Positions 26,219-34,606 of a stretch of DNA of 39,106 nt are shown here, piece by piece. The notes beneath the pieces are model-generated. The model did no database searches and had not been told where the DNA came from. It saw only the letters and a program-made list of their open reading frames with translations. The translations under genes were made by a program, and so were the position numbers. This stretch comes from Spirochaetota bacterium (GTDB lineage Bacteria > Spirochaetota > Spirochaetia > Treponematales > UBA12059). Location: positions 1 through 39,106 of the forward strand of contig JAKLEE010000002.1 in NCBI GenBank assembly GCA_022703215.1. Direction: 5' to 3'. Each line of letters begins with the position of its first letter. Within the stretch, counting starts at the first letter, position 1.

Positions 26219-27364
26219 TCAGGAGAGACTGATGCCGCCGTCCAGCGCCGCTTCCCAGGCGACGGCCCGGAAACCGAAGATGCGCTCGTACTCCTCGAGC
26301 CTCGCGCGGTATTCGTCCACGGCCGACGATCGCATCGCAGTCAGGGTGCAGCCGCCGAAACCCCGGCCGGTCAGGCGCGACCAATGCACGCCGTCGATCT
26401 CGAGGGCCCGCTTGGCCAGCCAGTCGACCTCCGGACAGGAAATCTCGAAGAGATTGCGCAAGCCCGCCTGGCTCTTGTTGACCAGCCGCGAGAAGGAAGG
26501 AAGGTCGACGCGGGCGAGCGCGTCCTCGGCCTCGGACACCCGCTGCATTTCCTCCATGATATGGAGGCAGCGCCGGCGGACGCTCTCCTGGAGCACGCCC
26601 ATCAGCTCCTCGAGATCGTCGAGGCCGAAATCCCGCAGGGTTTTGCCACCGCGGCGCGAACCGAGGGCGGCAAGGCATTTCCGGCAGTCGTCCGCGCGCT
26701 GCTCCATCTCCGCGTCGATCACCGGGCGGGGCACCCGGCTGTCCGTCAGCACGAGGCCGGCATCCTCGAAGGCGTAGGGGACGAGCCTTCTGGCTCCCGA
26801 GCGCGCGTCGAGGGCAAGCAGCGACCCCGGCCGTGACAGCGCGGGGATCAGGTGCTCCGAGGCGGGAACCTGCCGTCCCATGAAGACGGTCTCGGCTTCC
26901 CGGGCGAGCTCGGCGATGCCGGTCTCTCCCAGCGCCAGGCCGTAGAGGGCGTCGAAGGCCGCGGCGCTCGCCACGGAAAGGGCCGCCGAAGAGCCCAATC
27001 CGATGCCCTGGGGGATGTCGGAGGATACGGTGAAGTTGAAGCCCTTGGTCGCGAGCCCGCGCTCGGCGAGCGTGGCGCAGACACCCTTGGGGAAGTTGGC
27101 CCAGCGATCCTCCCGCTTGAATTTGAGGTTGGCCAGGGTGGTGCGCTTGCGTTCGCCGAGGTCGAGCGCGTGGAAGCGGAGCGCGGCGTCCCTCCGGAAC
27201 GACACCGCGACGGCGAGCCGCATGTCGAACGAGGCCGAGAGGACCAAGCCTTCGGATTCCTCGGTATGCTCGCCGAGTATCCGGACGCTGGCAGGTACGG
27301 TCACAACCACGTCGGGAGGCGTGTCGAACTCGGCCTGGTGCAGTGCGGCGACGTCTTTCATCAT
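26219..27364 (-). CDS. GHMP-family sugar kinase, galactokinase-like
   Basis: It has the GHMP motif PQGIGLGSSAALSVASAAAF and an N-terminal VRILGEHTEES resembling the galactokinase signature (GRVNLIGEHTDY) with substitutions. Substrate cannot be assigned from this. Confidence 0.8.
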   Translation of the reverse strand: MMKDVAALHQAEFDTPPDVVVTVPASVRILGEHTEESEGLVLSASFDMRLAVAVSFRRDAALRFHALDLGERKRTTLANLKFKREDRWANFPKGVCATLAERGLATKGFNFTVSSDIPQGIGLGSSAALSVASAAAFDALYGLALGETGIAELAREAETVFMGRQVPASEHLIPALSRPGSLLALDARSGARRLVPYAFEDAGLVLTDSRVPRPVIDAEMEQRADDCRKCLAALGSRRGGKTLRDFGLDDLEELMGVLQESVRRRCLHIMEEMQRVSEAEDALARVDLPSFSRLVNKSQAGLRNLFEISCPEVDWLAKRALEIDGVHWSRLTGRGFGGCTLTAMRSSAVDEYRARLEEYERIFGFRAVAWEAALDGGISLS

Positions 27365-27441
27365 CCAGCCTTGCTGCGCCGCCCGGTCCGGGCGACGGAT
27401 CGAGACGTTGCCGCCTCGCGCATCCTTGCGGTTTTGCAGCG

Positions 27442-27470
27442 ATGATAAACCAAGAAGCGCGAATCTTCAA
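27442..27470 (-). promoter_or_regulatory. putative promoter of the GHMP kinase gene
   Basis: The minus strand reads TTGAAG-N17-TATCAT, about 75 nt upstream of ATG 27364. It was verified through the translation of track ORF 27003..27818. Confidence 0.45.
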
Positions 27471-27515
27471 ATGAAAACGCTCGCACCCGGCCAAGGCGCG
27501 ACGCGCCGACGGGTT

Positions 27516-27544
27516 TTGACAGCCGGGACCCGCGGGAGTACAAT
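27516..27544 (+). promoter_or_regulatory. near-consensus sigma70 promoter positioned for a leaderless transcript
   Basis: TTGACA-N17-TACAAT is followed by 6 nt (TCCGCC) and then the ATG at 27551. There is no Shine-Dalgarno. It was verified through the translation of track ORF 27003..27818. Confidence 0.6.
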
Positions 27545-27550
27545 TCCGCC

Positions 27551-28108
27551 ATGTCATCTCCTTCCGCCGGCCCACGCCTTACGGCCGCCGTCCTGGCCGC
27601 CTCCGCGCTCATGCTCCTCGCGGCCTGCCCGGGCGGGCCGGAGCCGATTCCGGAGTCGCCGCCCTTCGTCGACACCGAAGCGCCCGAATCCGCGCCCGAA
27701 CCGTTCGACGCGGCCTCCGTGCCCGAAGAGCTGCGTCAGGACGCCCTGCTCCGGGTCCGCATCCTGGTCGAGGAGCTCAACGGCATCATCCGCCGCAAGG
27801 ATTACGAGGCCTGGCTGACCAGGCTGAGCGACGAGTACATCGCCCACTTCTCCACCCCCGCGGTGCTCGAGGAGCTCTCGAAGGCCAAGACCCTGCAGCG
27901 CCAGGGGATTACCTTGACCAAGCTCCTCGACTACTTCCTCTACGTGGTCTATCCTTCAAGGCAGTACGACCGCGTCGACGACATCGAATTCGTCGCGGCC
28001 GACCGCGTGAAGGCGATCACCGTCACCCCCAAAGGCGAACGGCTCGTCCTCTACGAGCTTGCAAAATACGGCGACACGTGGAAAATTAGTATCGGGAGGC
28101 AACCATGA
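27551..28108 (+). CDS. hypothetical lipoprotein
   Basis: The signal peptide has a lipobox: MSSPSAGPRLTAAVLAASALMLLAA|C. The mature part is 160 aa with no recognised domain. Confidence 0.75.
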   Translation: MSSPSAGPRLTAAVLAASALMLLAACPGGPEPIPESPPFVDTEAPESAPEPFDAASVPEELRQDALLRVRILVEELNGIIRRKDYEAWLTRLSDEYIAHFSTPAVLEELSKAKTLQRQGITLTKLLDYFLYVVYPSRQYDRVDDIEFVAADRVKAITVTPKGERLVLYELAKYGDTWKISIGRQP

Positions 28109-28812
28109 AGTCCAGGCTCTCCGCGCTCCTCGTCCTCGCGCTTTGCGCGACCCTCGCCCTGCCCGTCTCGGCCCAGACCACGGGCGAGAAGACCGTCGAG
28201 GAGGCGTATCTCCAGGAGACCCTGGAGACCCTCATCATCCGCGAGCAGGCCCACGCCGACGGCCGGGACATGAAGCTCGTGGCCCTCCAGTACATCGAGC
28301 AGGCCATCGCCGAAGGCCGCAAGGGCGAGGAGATCAGGCTCGCCCTCGAATACCTCGCTCTCGAGACCACCCAGGTTTCCATCCGCGAGGCCGGCTACGG
28401 CCGCGTCACCAACGACTATCCGGATGTCCGGGCCAAGGCCTGCGAGCTGCTCGCCGAATTCCCGAGCGTCGAGTCCAAGGATGCCCTGCTCAAAGTCGCG
28501 CTGTCGGACCGCGAGACCATGGTCATTTCCGCCGCCATCCGCTCGCTCGGCAAGATCGGCATCAACGAGGCCGACGAGGTCACCACGGCCATCTCCTTCA
28601 TCGTCAACAAGTACGATCTCCTGCTGCCCGACAATAGCCTCGCCTTCGAGTCCCTGGTCGCGCTCGAGTTGCTCCACGACGAGACGGGCGCCCTCAAGGA
28701 CGCCGCGGCGATCCGCATGATCATGCGCATCGCCGACGGCAACTACATCAAGCCGGTGAAGGACAAGGCCCGCGCCCTGCTCGACAAGCTCCGCAAGAGC
28801 TCCGGTAAGTAA
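28105..28812 (+). CDS. secreted HEAT/ARM-like repeat protein
   Basis: The ATGA overlaps the upstream stop. There is a signal peptide MKSRLSALLVLALCATLALPVSAQ and HEAT-like repeats (DVRAKACELLAEFPSVESKDALLKVALSDRETMVISAAIRSLGKIG). Confidence 0.7.
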   Translation: MKSRLSALLVLALCATLALPVSAQTTGEKTVEEAYLQETLETLIIREQAHADGRDMKLVALQYIEQAIAEGRKGEEIRLALEYLALETTQVSIREAGYGRVTNDYPDVRAKACELLAEFPSVESKDALLKVALSDRETMVISAAIRSLGKIGINEADEVTTAISFIVNKYDLLLPDNSLAFESLVALELLHDETGALKDAAAIRMIMRIADGNYIKPVKDKARALLDKLRKSSGK

Positions 28813-28852
28813 TTCCGCCAATCCGGCGCAAACCGAACGCGTCGATCTGAAG

Positions 28853-28892
28853 AAAAGCCGGTCGTAGGCCATGAGGCCTCCGACCGGCTTTT
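28853..28892. terminator. bidirectional rho-independent terminator between convergent genes
   Basis: The sequence is AAAA-GCCGGUCG-U-AGGCC-AUGA-GGCCU-C-CGACCGGC-UUUU. It is a long GC-rich hairpin (8 outer + 5 inner bp as written; the last A of the A-tract and first U of the U-tract can add one more pair) flanked by an A-tract and a T-tract, so it can terminate both strands. Confidence 0.7.
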
Positions 28893-28915
28893 CGCGTTCC
28901 CGGGTTCCCGACCGC

Positions 28916-29803
28916 TCAGTCGATATCCTCCGGAAGCGACTCCGGCGCGGTTTCCAGCAGTTCCGGATGCGTCACCAGGCGCTTGAGCAGCCTGAAGGCG
29001 CTGGCGTAATAAAAGCCGTCCACGATGCGCTCGTCGGTGTTGACCCTGAGCGTCAGGTGCTTGCGCGTCTTCACCGTCCCGTCCTCGGCGATGTCCTTCT
29101 CGTGCGATTTCGATCCGAAGGCCAGGAATAGGCTCGTGGTGCCGAACTCGTAGAGGTGGTGGTAGATGGACTGGATGCCGACCGAGCCCAGGTCGGTGAT
29201 GAACAGGCTCGTATGGAAAGGGCTGGCGGCGTGGATGGCCTTCGGAAGCCATCCGTGGTCGTCGAGGAACCAGAGGAAGGAGACCAACCCTTTCAGGATG
29301 AAAGGCGGCAGGCGCACGAAGAACCCGGCCAGCCTGTCGGTGGAATTCGTGGCCTCGAGCTTCTTGTTCTCCATGACCGCCGCGTTGAGCTTGTCGCGGA
29401 CGTCCCAGATGGTGTCGTTCCGGTCGAACCGGAGCTTCAGCGTGGTCTCGATGCCGTCCTCGTCGATGGTCTTCTTGATGGCCAGCGAGACGGTCAGGTC
29501 GTTGCGGGCGTAGATGCGCCCGTTCTTGACGAAGCGGTTGACCCGCGGGCGGAGGGCGAAGGCCCGGACGCAGGCAGCCATGATGACGTGGAGTATGCCG
29601 ATGTCGCCGATGCCCTTGTCGCGCTGCTCGCGGAGCCAGCGCTCGGCGTGCGATATCTCCACGCGGTCCTCGAAGAAATTCTGCGCGTCGCCCCGGGTGC
29701 GCATGATGAAGGGCACCATCATGGTGAGCGGGTCGAGGGTGCGGATCAGCCTGCCGTCGTAGCGGTCGCCCAGCCTGCGCTTTCGCGTCGTCGTTGCCGT
29801 CAT
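28916..29803 (-). CDS. stand-alone 2-oxoacid dehydrogenase E2 / CAT-like acyltransferase catalytic-domain protein (atypical active site)
   Basis: FITDLGSVG aligns with the E2 TISNLG motif. LTLRVNTDERIVDGFYYASAF aligns with the E2 LSxDHRxxDG motif, but has Glu where the catalytic His sits. There is no lipoyl or subunit-binding domain. Confidence 0.65.
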   Translation of the reverse strand: MTATTTRKRRLGDRYDGRLIRTLDPLTMMVPFIMRTRGDAQNFFEDRVEISHAERWLREQRDKGIGDIGILHVIMAACVRAFALRPRVNRFVKNGRIYARNDLTVSLAIKKTIDEDGIETTLKLRFDRNDTIWDVRDKLNAAVMENKKLEATNSTDRLAGFFVRLPPFILKGLVSFLWFLDDHGWLPKAIHAASPFHTSLFITDLGSVGIQSIYHHLYEFGTTSLFLAFGSKSHEKDIAEDGTVKTRKHLTLRVNTDERIVDGFYYASAFRLLKRLVTHPELLETAPESLPEDID

Positions 29804-29873
29804 GTCGGTCTCTCCTGGGTGTGGCGCCGGCGCGGCGCCGGCCGGGCGGCGCGTTCCGCCGACGCCCTTGTCG

Positions 29874-31619
29874 TCATGCCTGCTTCTTCTCGATCTTGGC
29901 CCAGGTGTCGCGGAGCGACACCGAGCGGTTGAAGCGCGGCTTGCCGTCGGAGTCGGATGGGTCGCGCGTGAAATAGCCGAGACGCTCGAACTGGAAAGGC
30001 TCGCCCGGCATCGCCGCGCGGAGGCAGGGTTCTCCGTACGCGCCCTTCCGGAGCTCGACGGAGCCCGGGTTGACGCCTTCCTTCCAGTCCTTGCCGGGCT
30101 CCACCTCCATGGGGCGCTCGGCGAGGAAAAGGTGGTCGAAGAGCCGGGCCTCGATCGGCGCCGCGTCGGCCGCCCGCACCCAGTGGATGGTGCCCTTGAC
30201 CTTGCGGTTGTCGGGGGCGTTGCCGCCCTTCGTCGCGGGGTCGTACTCGCAGAGCACCCGGGTCACCCTTCCCGTCCCGTCCTTCTCGCAGCCGGTGCAG
30301 GTGACGATGTAGCCGTAGCGGAGCCTGACCTGGTTGCCGGGGAAGAGTCGGAAATACTTCGGGGGCGGAACCTCGGCGAAATCATCCCGCTCGATGAGGA
30401 GCGTGCCGTCGAAGCGGATCGTGCGCGTGCCGGCGGCCTCGTCTTCCGGGTTGTTGACGGCGGCGAGTTCCTCGACCGCGCCTTCGGGCCAGTTGGTGAT
30501 GACGAGCTCGACGGGGTCGAGCACGGCCATGACGCGGCGCGCGCGGCGGTTCAGGTCCTCGCGGAGGCAGTGCTCGAGCAGCTGGATGTCGACCATCGAG
30601 TTGGTCTTGGCGATGCCGATGCGGTCGATGAAGTCCTTGATGGCTTCGCGCGTGTAGCCGCGGCGGCGGAGCCCGGCGATGGTGGGCATGCGCGGATCGT
30701 CCCAGCCCTCGACCAAGCCCTCCTCCACGAGCTGCTTGAGCCAGCGCTTGGAGAGCACCGTGTGCGTGATGTTGAGCCTGGAGAACTCGATCTGGCGCGA
30801 GGGGAAGGTCTCCGCCTCGCGGATGAACCATTCGTAGAGCGGCCGGTGGATCTCGTACTCGAGCGAGCAGAGCGAGTGGGTGATGCCCTCGATCGAGTCG
30901 GAGAGCGGGTGCGCGAAGTCGTACATCGGGTAGATGCACCACTCGTTCCCGACCCGGTAGTGCGGGGCGCGCTTGATCCGGTACATGACGGGGTCGCGCA
31001 TGACTAGGTTCGGGTGCGCCATGTCGATCTTCGCCCGGAGGGTCTTCGAGCCGTCGGCGAATTCGCCGGAGCGCATGCGGGCGAAGAGGTCGAGGTTCTC
31101 CTCGACTGAGCGGTTCCGCCAGGGGCTGTCCTTGCCGGGCGGGGTGAGCGTGATGTTGTGCTTGTCGGGCACCGCGGTGCCGCGGTAGACGCGGATATCC
31201 TCGTCGGAGAGGTCGTCCACATAGGCGACGCCCTTGCGGATCAGCTTGAGGGCGAGCTCGTAAAGTTTCTCGTAATAGTCCGAGGCGAAAAAGGTGCGCT
31301 CGTCGCCGCAGTCGAGTCCGAGCCAGCGCGAGTCGCGCGTGATGGCCTCGACGAAGGCCAGGTCCTCGGCCTCCGGATTCGTGTCGTCGAAACGCAGGTT
31401 GCACTGGCCGCCGAAATCCATGGCGACGTAGTAGTCGATCATGAAGGCCTTGGCGTGGCCGATGTGCATCCAGCCGTTCGGCTCGGGAGGCAGGCGGGTC
31501 CGGACGTAGGAATAGCGGCCCTTCTTCAAGTCTTCGCGGACCGCGGCGCGGATGAAGTCGGTCGATTCGTCGGAATCGGGCGCGCCGGTCGTGGACGCGG
31601 GGACGGTGTCGTCGCTCAC
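29874..31619 (-). CDS. glnS: glutamine--tRNA ligase
   Basis: RTRLPPEPNGWMHIGHAKA (HIGH), NLRFDDTNPEAED, and VLSKR (KMSKS) match GlnRS. The 581-aa length includes the GlnRS-type C-terminal beta-barrel domains. The GTG start is preceded by AAGGAG. Confidence 0.93.
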   Translation of the reverse strand: MSDDTVPASTTGAPDSDESTDFIRAAVREDLKKGRYSYVRTRLPPEPNGWMHIGHAKAFMIDYYVAMDFGGQCNLRFDDTNPEAEDLAFVEAITRDSRWLGLDCGDERTFFASDYYEKLYELALKLIRKGVAYVDDLSDEDIRVYRGTAVPDKHNITLTPPGKDSPWRNRSVEENLDLFARMRSGEFADGSKTLRAKIDMAHPNLVMRDPVMYRIKRAPHYRVGNEWCIYPMYDFAHPLSDSIEGITHSLCSLEYEIHRPLYEWFIREAETFPSRQIEFSRLNITHTVLSKRWLKQLVEEGLVEGWDDPRMPTIAGLRRRGYTREAIKDFIDRIGIAKTNSMVDIQLLEHCLREDLNRRARRVMAVLDPVELVITNWPEGAVEELAAVNNPEDEAAGTRTIRFDGTLLIERDDFAEVPPPKYFRLFPGNQVRLRYGYIVTCTGCEKDGTGRVTRVLCEYDPATKGGNAPDNRKVKGTIHWVRAADAAPIEARLFDHLFLAERPMEVEPGKDWKEGVNPGSVELRKGAYGEPCLRAAMPGEPFQFERLGYFTRDPSDSDGKPRFNRSVSLRDTWAKIEKKQA

Positions 31620-31660
31620 GGGGGAACTCCTTACCGCGCTTCAGGGGCGCGGCATGGCAG

Positions 31661-31690
31661 ACTATGCCGCGCCGCGCCCCCCGGCGTCAA
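31661..31690 (-). promoter_or_regulatory. possible glnS promoter overlapping an inverted repeat
   Basis: The minus strand reads TTGACG-N18-CATAGT. The -10 lies inside a 10-bp perfect inverted repeat GGCGCGGCAT-N8-ATGCCGCGCC (31646-31673). Confidence 0.3.
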
Positions 31691-31705
31691 GGAACGCTTC
31701 GCGCC

Positions 31706-33181
31706 TCAGGAGCCCAGCGCCGCGAGCGAGCGGTCGATGCGGGCGAGCGAGCGGTCGAGGCCGAGCAGCCGGATGGAGCCGAAGAGCGGCGGGCTCGCGC
31801 GCGAACCGGTGACGGCCACGCGGAGCGGCATGAGCAGATCGCCGAGCTTGAGACCGAGCTCGGTCGCGCGCGCGCGGTAGGCTTCCTCGAGTTCCTCGTC
31901 GGAGGCGGGAAAGCGCGCGGCGAGCAGGGCGCGCGCCTCGGCCAGGGCCGAGCGAGTCATGGCGGCGTCGAATTTCTTGGGGAAGAATTCCTCGGGCGCC
32001 GGAACGGGCGGCTCCGCGAAGAGGAACCCCATGACGGAGGGAGCGTCCCGCAGGTAATGGAGCCGCTCCTTGGCGAGCGGCATGGCGGCCAGCACGGCGG
32101 CTTCGAAAGCCGCGTCGCCTTTCTTCGCGATGCCGGCCTCCTCGAGCCAGGGCATGACCAGGGCGGCGAGCTCCGCGTCGGGCGTCTGCCGGATGTACTG
32201 TCCGTTGAACCACTCGAGCCGCTTGTAGTCGAAGACCGCAGGCGCCTTCTTGAGGTGCTCGACGGAGAAGAGCCGCTCCAGGTCCGCGAGCGGATAGAGG
32301 TCGCGCCCGTCCTCGTAGGAGGCTCCGAGCATGCCGACGTAGTTCAGCAGGGCTTCCGGCAGGTAGCCGCCCTTGCGGAACTCGTCGACGCTGGTGGCGC
32401 CGTGGCGCTTGGAGAGCTTGCGGCCATCCTCGCCCATGACCATGGGCAGGTGGCAGAAGGCGGGCGGCTCCCAGCCGAAGGCCTGGTACATGATCACGTG
32501 GAGCGGCGTCGAGGAGATCCACTCCTGGGCGCGCATGACGTGGGTGATGCCCATGAGGTGGTCGTCGACCACGTTCGCCAGGTGATAGGTCGGGAATCCG
32601 TCGCTCTTCAGGAGCACCGGGTCGGGATTCACGTCCTCATTCTTCCAGGCGATGTTTCCGAGCAGTTCGTCCTCGAACTCGGTGGTCTCGCCGAGAGGGA
32701 TCTTGAGGCGGATAACATGGCGCTCGGAGGCGGCGCGGACCTTGGCCTCGGCGGGATCGATGTTGCGGCAGTGTCGGTCGTAGCCGAAGCTGGCGCCCTC
32801 CGCCCCGCCCTCCTCGTCCTGCACGTCGGAGTGGAACTTGGCGACGCGCTCCTCGCCGCAGAAGCAGTAGTAGGCGCGCCCGAGGGAGACGAGCCGCTCG
32901 GCGTGCTCGCGATAGAGGTCGAAGCGCTCCGACTGGATGTAGGGAGCGACGGGGCCGCCGACATCGGGACCCTCGTCCCACTTGACGCCGAGCCATTCGA
33001 AGGTGTCGTAGAGGTTCTGGACGTAGTCCTGGCTGAAGCGCGAGCGGTCGGTGTCCTCGAGCCGGAGGATGAATTTGCCGCCTTTGGAGCGGGCGAAAAG
33101 ATAGTTGAAAAGCGCCGTGCGGACGCCGCCGATGTGCTGGAGCCCCGTGGGCGAAGGCGCGTAGCGAACCCGGACCTGCAT
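31706..33181 (-). CDS. gltX: glutamate--tRNA ligase
   Basis: Track ORF 31706..33379 was trimmed to the ATG at 33181 (MQVRVRYAPSPTGLQHIGGVRTALFNYLFA). It has a KLSKRHG (KMSKS) motif. GGGAGAG RBS is present. Confidence 0.93.
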   Translation of the reverse strand: MQVRVRYAPSPTGLQHIGGVRTALFNYLFARSKGGKFILRLEDTDRSRFSQDYVQNLYDTFEWLGVKWDEGPDVGGPVAPYIQSERFDLYREHAERLVSLGRAYYCFCGEERVAKFHSDVQDEEGGAEGASFGYDRHCRNIDPAEAKVRAASERHVIRLKIPLGETTEFEDELLGNIAWKNEDVNPDPVLLKSDGFPTYHLANVVDDHLMGITHVMRAQEWISSTPLHVIMYQAFGWEPPAFCHLPMVMGEDGRKLSKRHGATSVDEFRKGGYLPEALLNYVGMLGASYEDGRDLYPLADLERLFSVEHLKKAPAVFDYKRLEWFNGQYIRQTPDAELAALVMPWLEEAGIAKKGDAAFEAAVLAAMPLAKERLHYLRDAPSVMGFLFAEPPVPAPEEFFPKKFDAAMTRSALAEARALLAARFPASDEELEEAYRARATELGLKLGDLLMPLRVAVTGSRASPPLFGSIRLLGLDRSLARIDRSLAALGS

Positions 33182-33235
33182 CGCTGTCTCTCCCGGTGGC
33201 CGCGCGTTTCCGCGCGACGGACGATTGGAGGATGG

Positions 33236-33265
33236 ATTATAGCCGTGGCGCTTCCGGGGGGTCAA
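33236..33265 (-). promoter_or_regulatory. putative strong sigma70 promoter of gltX
   Basis: The minus strand reads TTGACC-N18-TATAAT, about 55 nt upstream of the gltX ATG. The leader contains a CGCGCG-GAAA-CGCGCG hairpin. It was verified through the translation of track ORF 33196..34833. Confidence 0.55.
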
Positions 33266-33279
33266 TAAGTGGCGGCGCC

Positions 33280-33633
33280 TCAGCCGACCCCGGCGGCCAC
33301 CGCCTGGAGCAGCGCGGCGAGAATGCCGGCGAGCGCCGCCAGCGCGGCCAGCGCGAGCCAGGCGAGCGCCGCTCCCCAAGCCGGCGCCTCGCCTCGGCGG
33401 GGCGGCAGAAGCGCGCGGGCGAGGGCCGCGAGCAAAGCTACCGGTGCAAGCCCCCAGGAGACCCGTCCGGTCCAGGCGACCAGAGCCGACTGCGTCTCGT
33501 CGAGGAAGCCCTGGACATTGCCCGCCGCGTACAGGAAAACCAGCGCGAAGTCGAGGGCGGCAAGGAACAGCGCGGTCCGCTTCGTCGCGACTTCGAGCAG
33601 GGTCTTGGCGTTTTCCCGTTCGGTGAGGCTCAT
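33280..33633 (-). CDS. small Ala/Leu-rich integral membrane protein, hypothetical
   Basis: Track ORF 33280..34035 was trimmed to ATG 33633 (an alternative is 33645). The product is 117 aa with about 3 hydrophobic segments and GC3-rich codon usage. No family recognised. Confidence 0.45.
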   Translation of the reverse strand: MSLTERENAKTLLEVATKRTALFLAALDFALVFLYAAGNVQGFLDETQSALVAWTGRVSWGLAPVALLAALARALLPPRRGEAPAWGAALAWLALAALAALAGILAALLQAVAAGVG

Positions 33634-33745
33634 GGCGGATACCATACCGCCCGCGGCGGCCCCGGGCAAGCGCGGCGTTCCGTCTGGCGCCCGGAGCCCG
33701 GGTGGGGTATAACCATCGTATGGAAAGCGACGGAGGAGCAGCCCC

Positions 33746-34603
33746 ATGAAGCGGGTCGTGACGTTCATCCTCGTGGCGGCCTGCGCGGTCGCCGCCTTCA
33801 TGGTCGGATGGGTTTCATTCCGTCTGGAGCCGGGCGCCTGGGGCGTCGTCAGGACCAAGACCGGCGGCGTGGAGGAAACGGCCATCGAGTCGGGGAGCTT
33901 CGCCTGGCGTTGGGAGGCCCTTCTTCCCACGAACCTTTCTCTCGCCGAATTCGCTTTGTCGCCGCGGGAGCTGCGCGTCGCGAGCGAGGGCGAGCTGCCC
34001 TCGGCCGCGGCGTACTCGGCCTTCGCCCCCGGCAAGCCCGATTTCTCCTACGGCCTCGAAGCCACGCTTCGGGCGACGATACGGAGCTCCGCGCTCCCCG
34101 GTCTTGTGGCCTCGGGAGCTGCGCCGGACCAGGCGGGGCTCGACGCGAGCTTCGGCCTGCTCCTCGAGCGCGCCAAGCAGTCGCTCGCCTCCGCCCTGGT
34201 CGCTCGAGCCGGCGAGAGGGAATTCGCGGAAGCCTTGCCTTCGGGCGAGCGCTCCGCGATCGAAGCGCTCGCGGCGGATGTCGAAGCCGCGGTCCCCGAA
34301 CTCGAGGTCCTCTCGCTCACCATAGATGCCGTCCGCCTGCCCGACCTCGACCTGTACCGCTACGTCCGCGACGCGTACCGGTCCTGGCTCGACGCCACGC
34401 TCGCTGCGACCGAGGCCCTGCTCGCCGACGACGCGGCCTTCCGCGCGCGCGACGAGCTCGCCCTGGAACGGCTCGAGCGCTACGGCGAGCTGCTGGAACG
34501 CTACCCCGTCCTCGTGGACTTCCTGGCCATCGAAGCCGGGGCCGATCCGGACCTGCTCGGCGTCCTCGGTACCCGGGCCGGACGTGTACCCGACGCGGAG
34601 TAG
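33746..34603 (+). CDS. membrane-anchored hypothetical protein
   Basis: GGAGGAG RBS lies 7 nt upstream of the ATG. There is an N-terminal TM (VVTFILVAACAVAAFMVGWV), then a 260-aa Ala/Leu/Glu-rich domain. No confident family assignment. Confidence 0.6.
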   Translation: MKRVVTFILVAACAVAAFMVGWVSFRLEPGAWGVVRTKTGGVEETAIESGSFAWRWEALLPTNLSLAEFALSPRELRVASEGELPSAAAYSAFAPGKPDFSYGLEATLRATIRSSALPGLVASGAAPDQAGLDASFGLLLERAKQSLASALVARAGEREFAEALPSGERSAIEALAADVEAAVPELEVLSLTIDAVRLPDLDLYRYVRDAYRSWLDATLAATEALLADDAAFRARDELALERLERYGELLERYPVLVDFLAIEAGADPDLLGVLGTRAGRVPDAE

Positions 34604-34606
34604 CGC

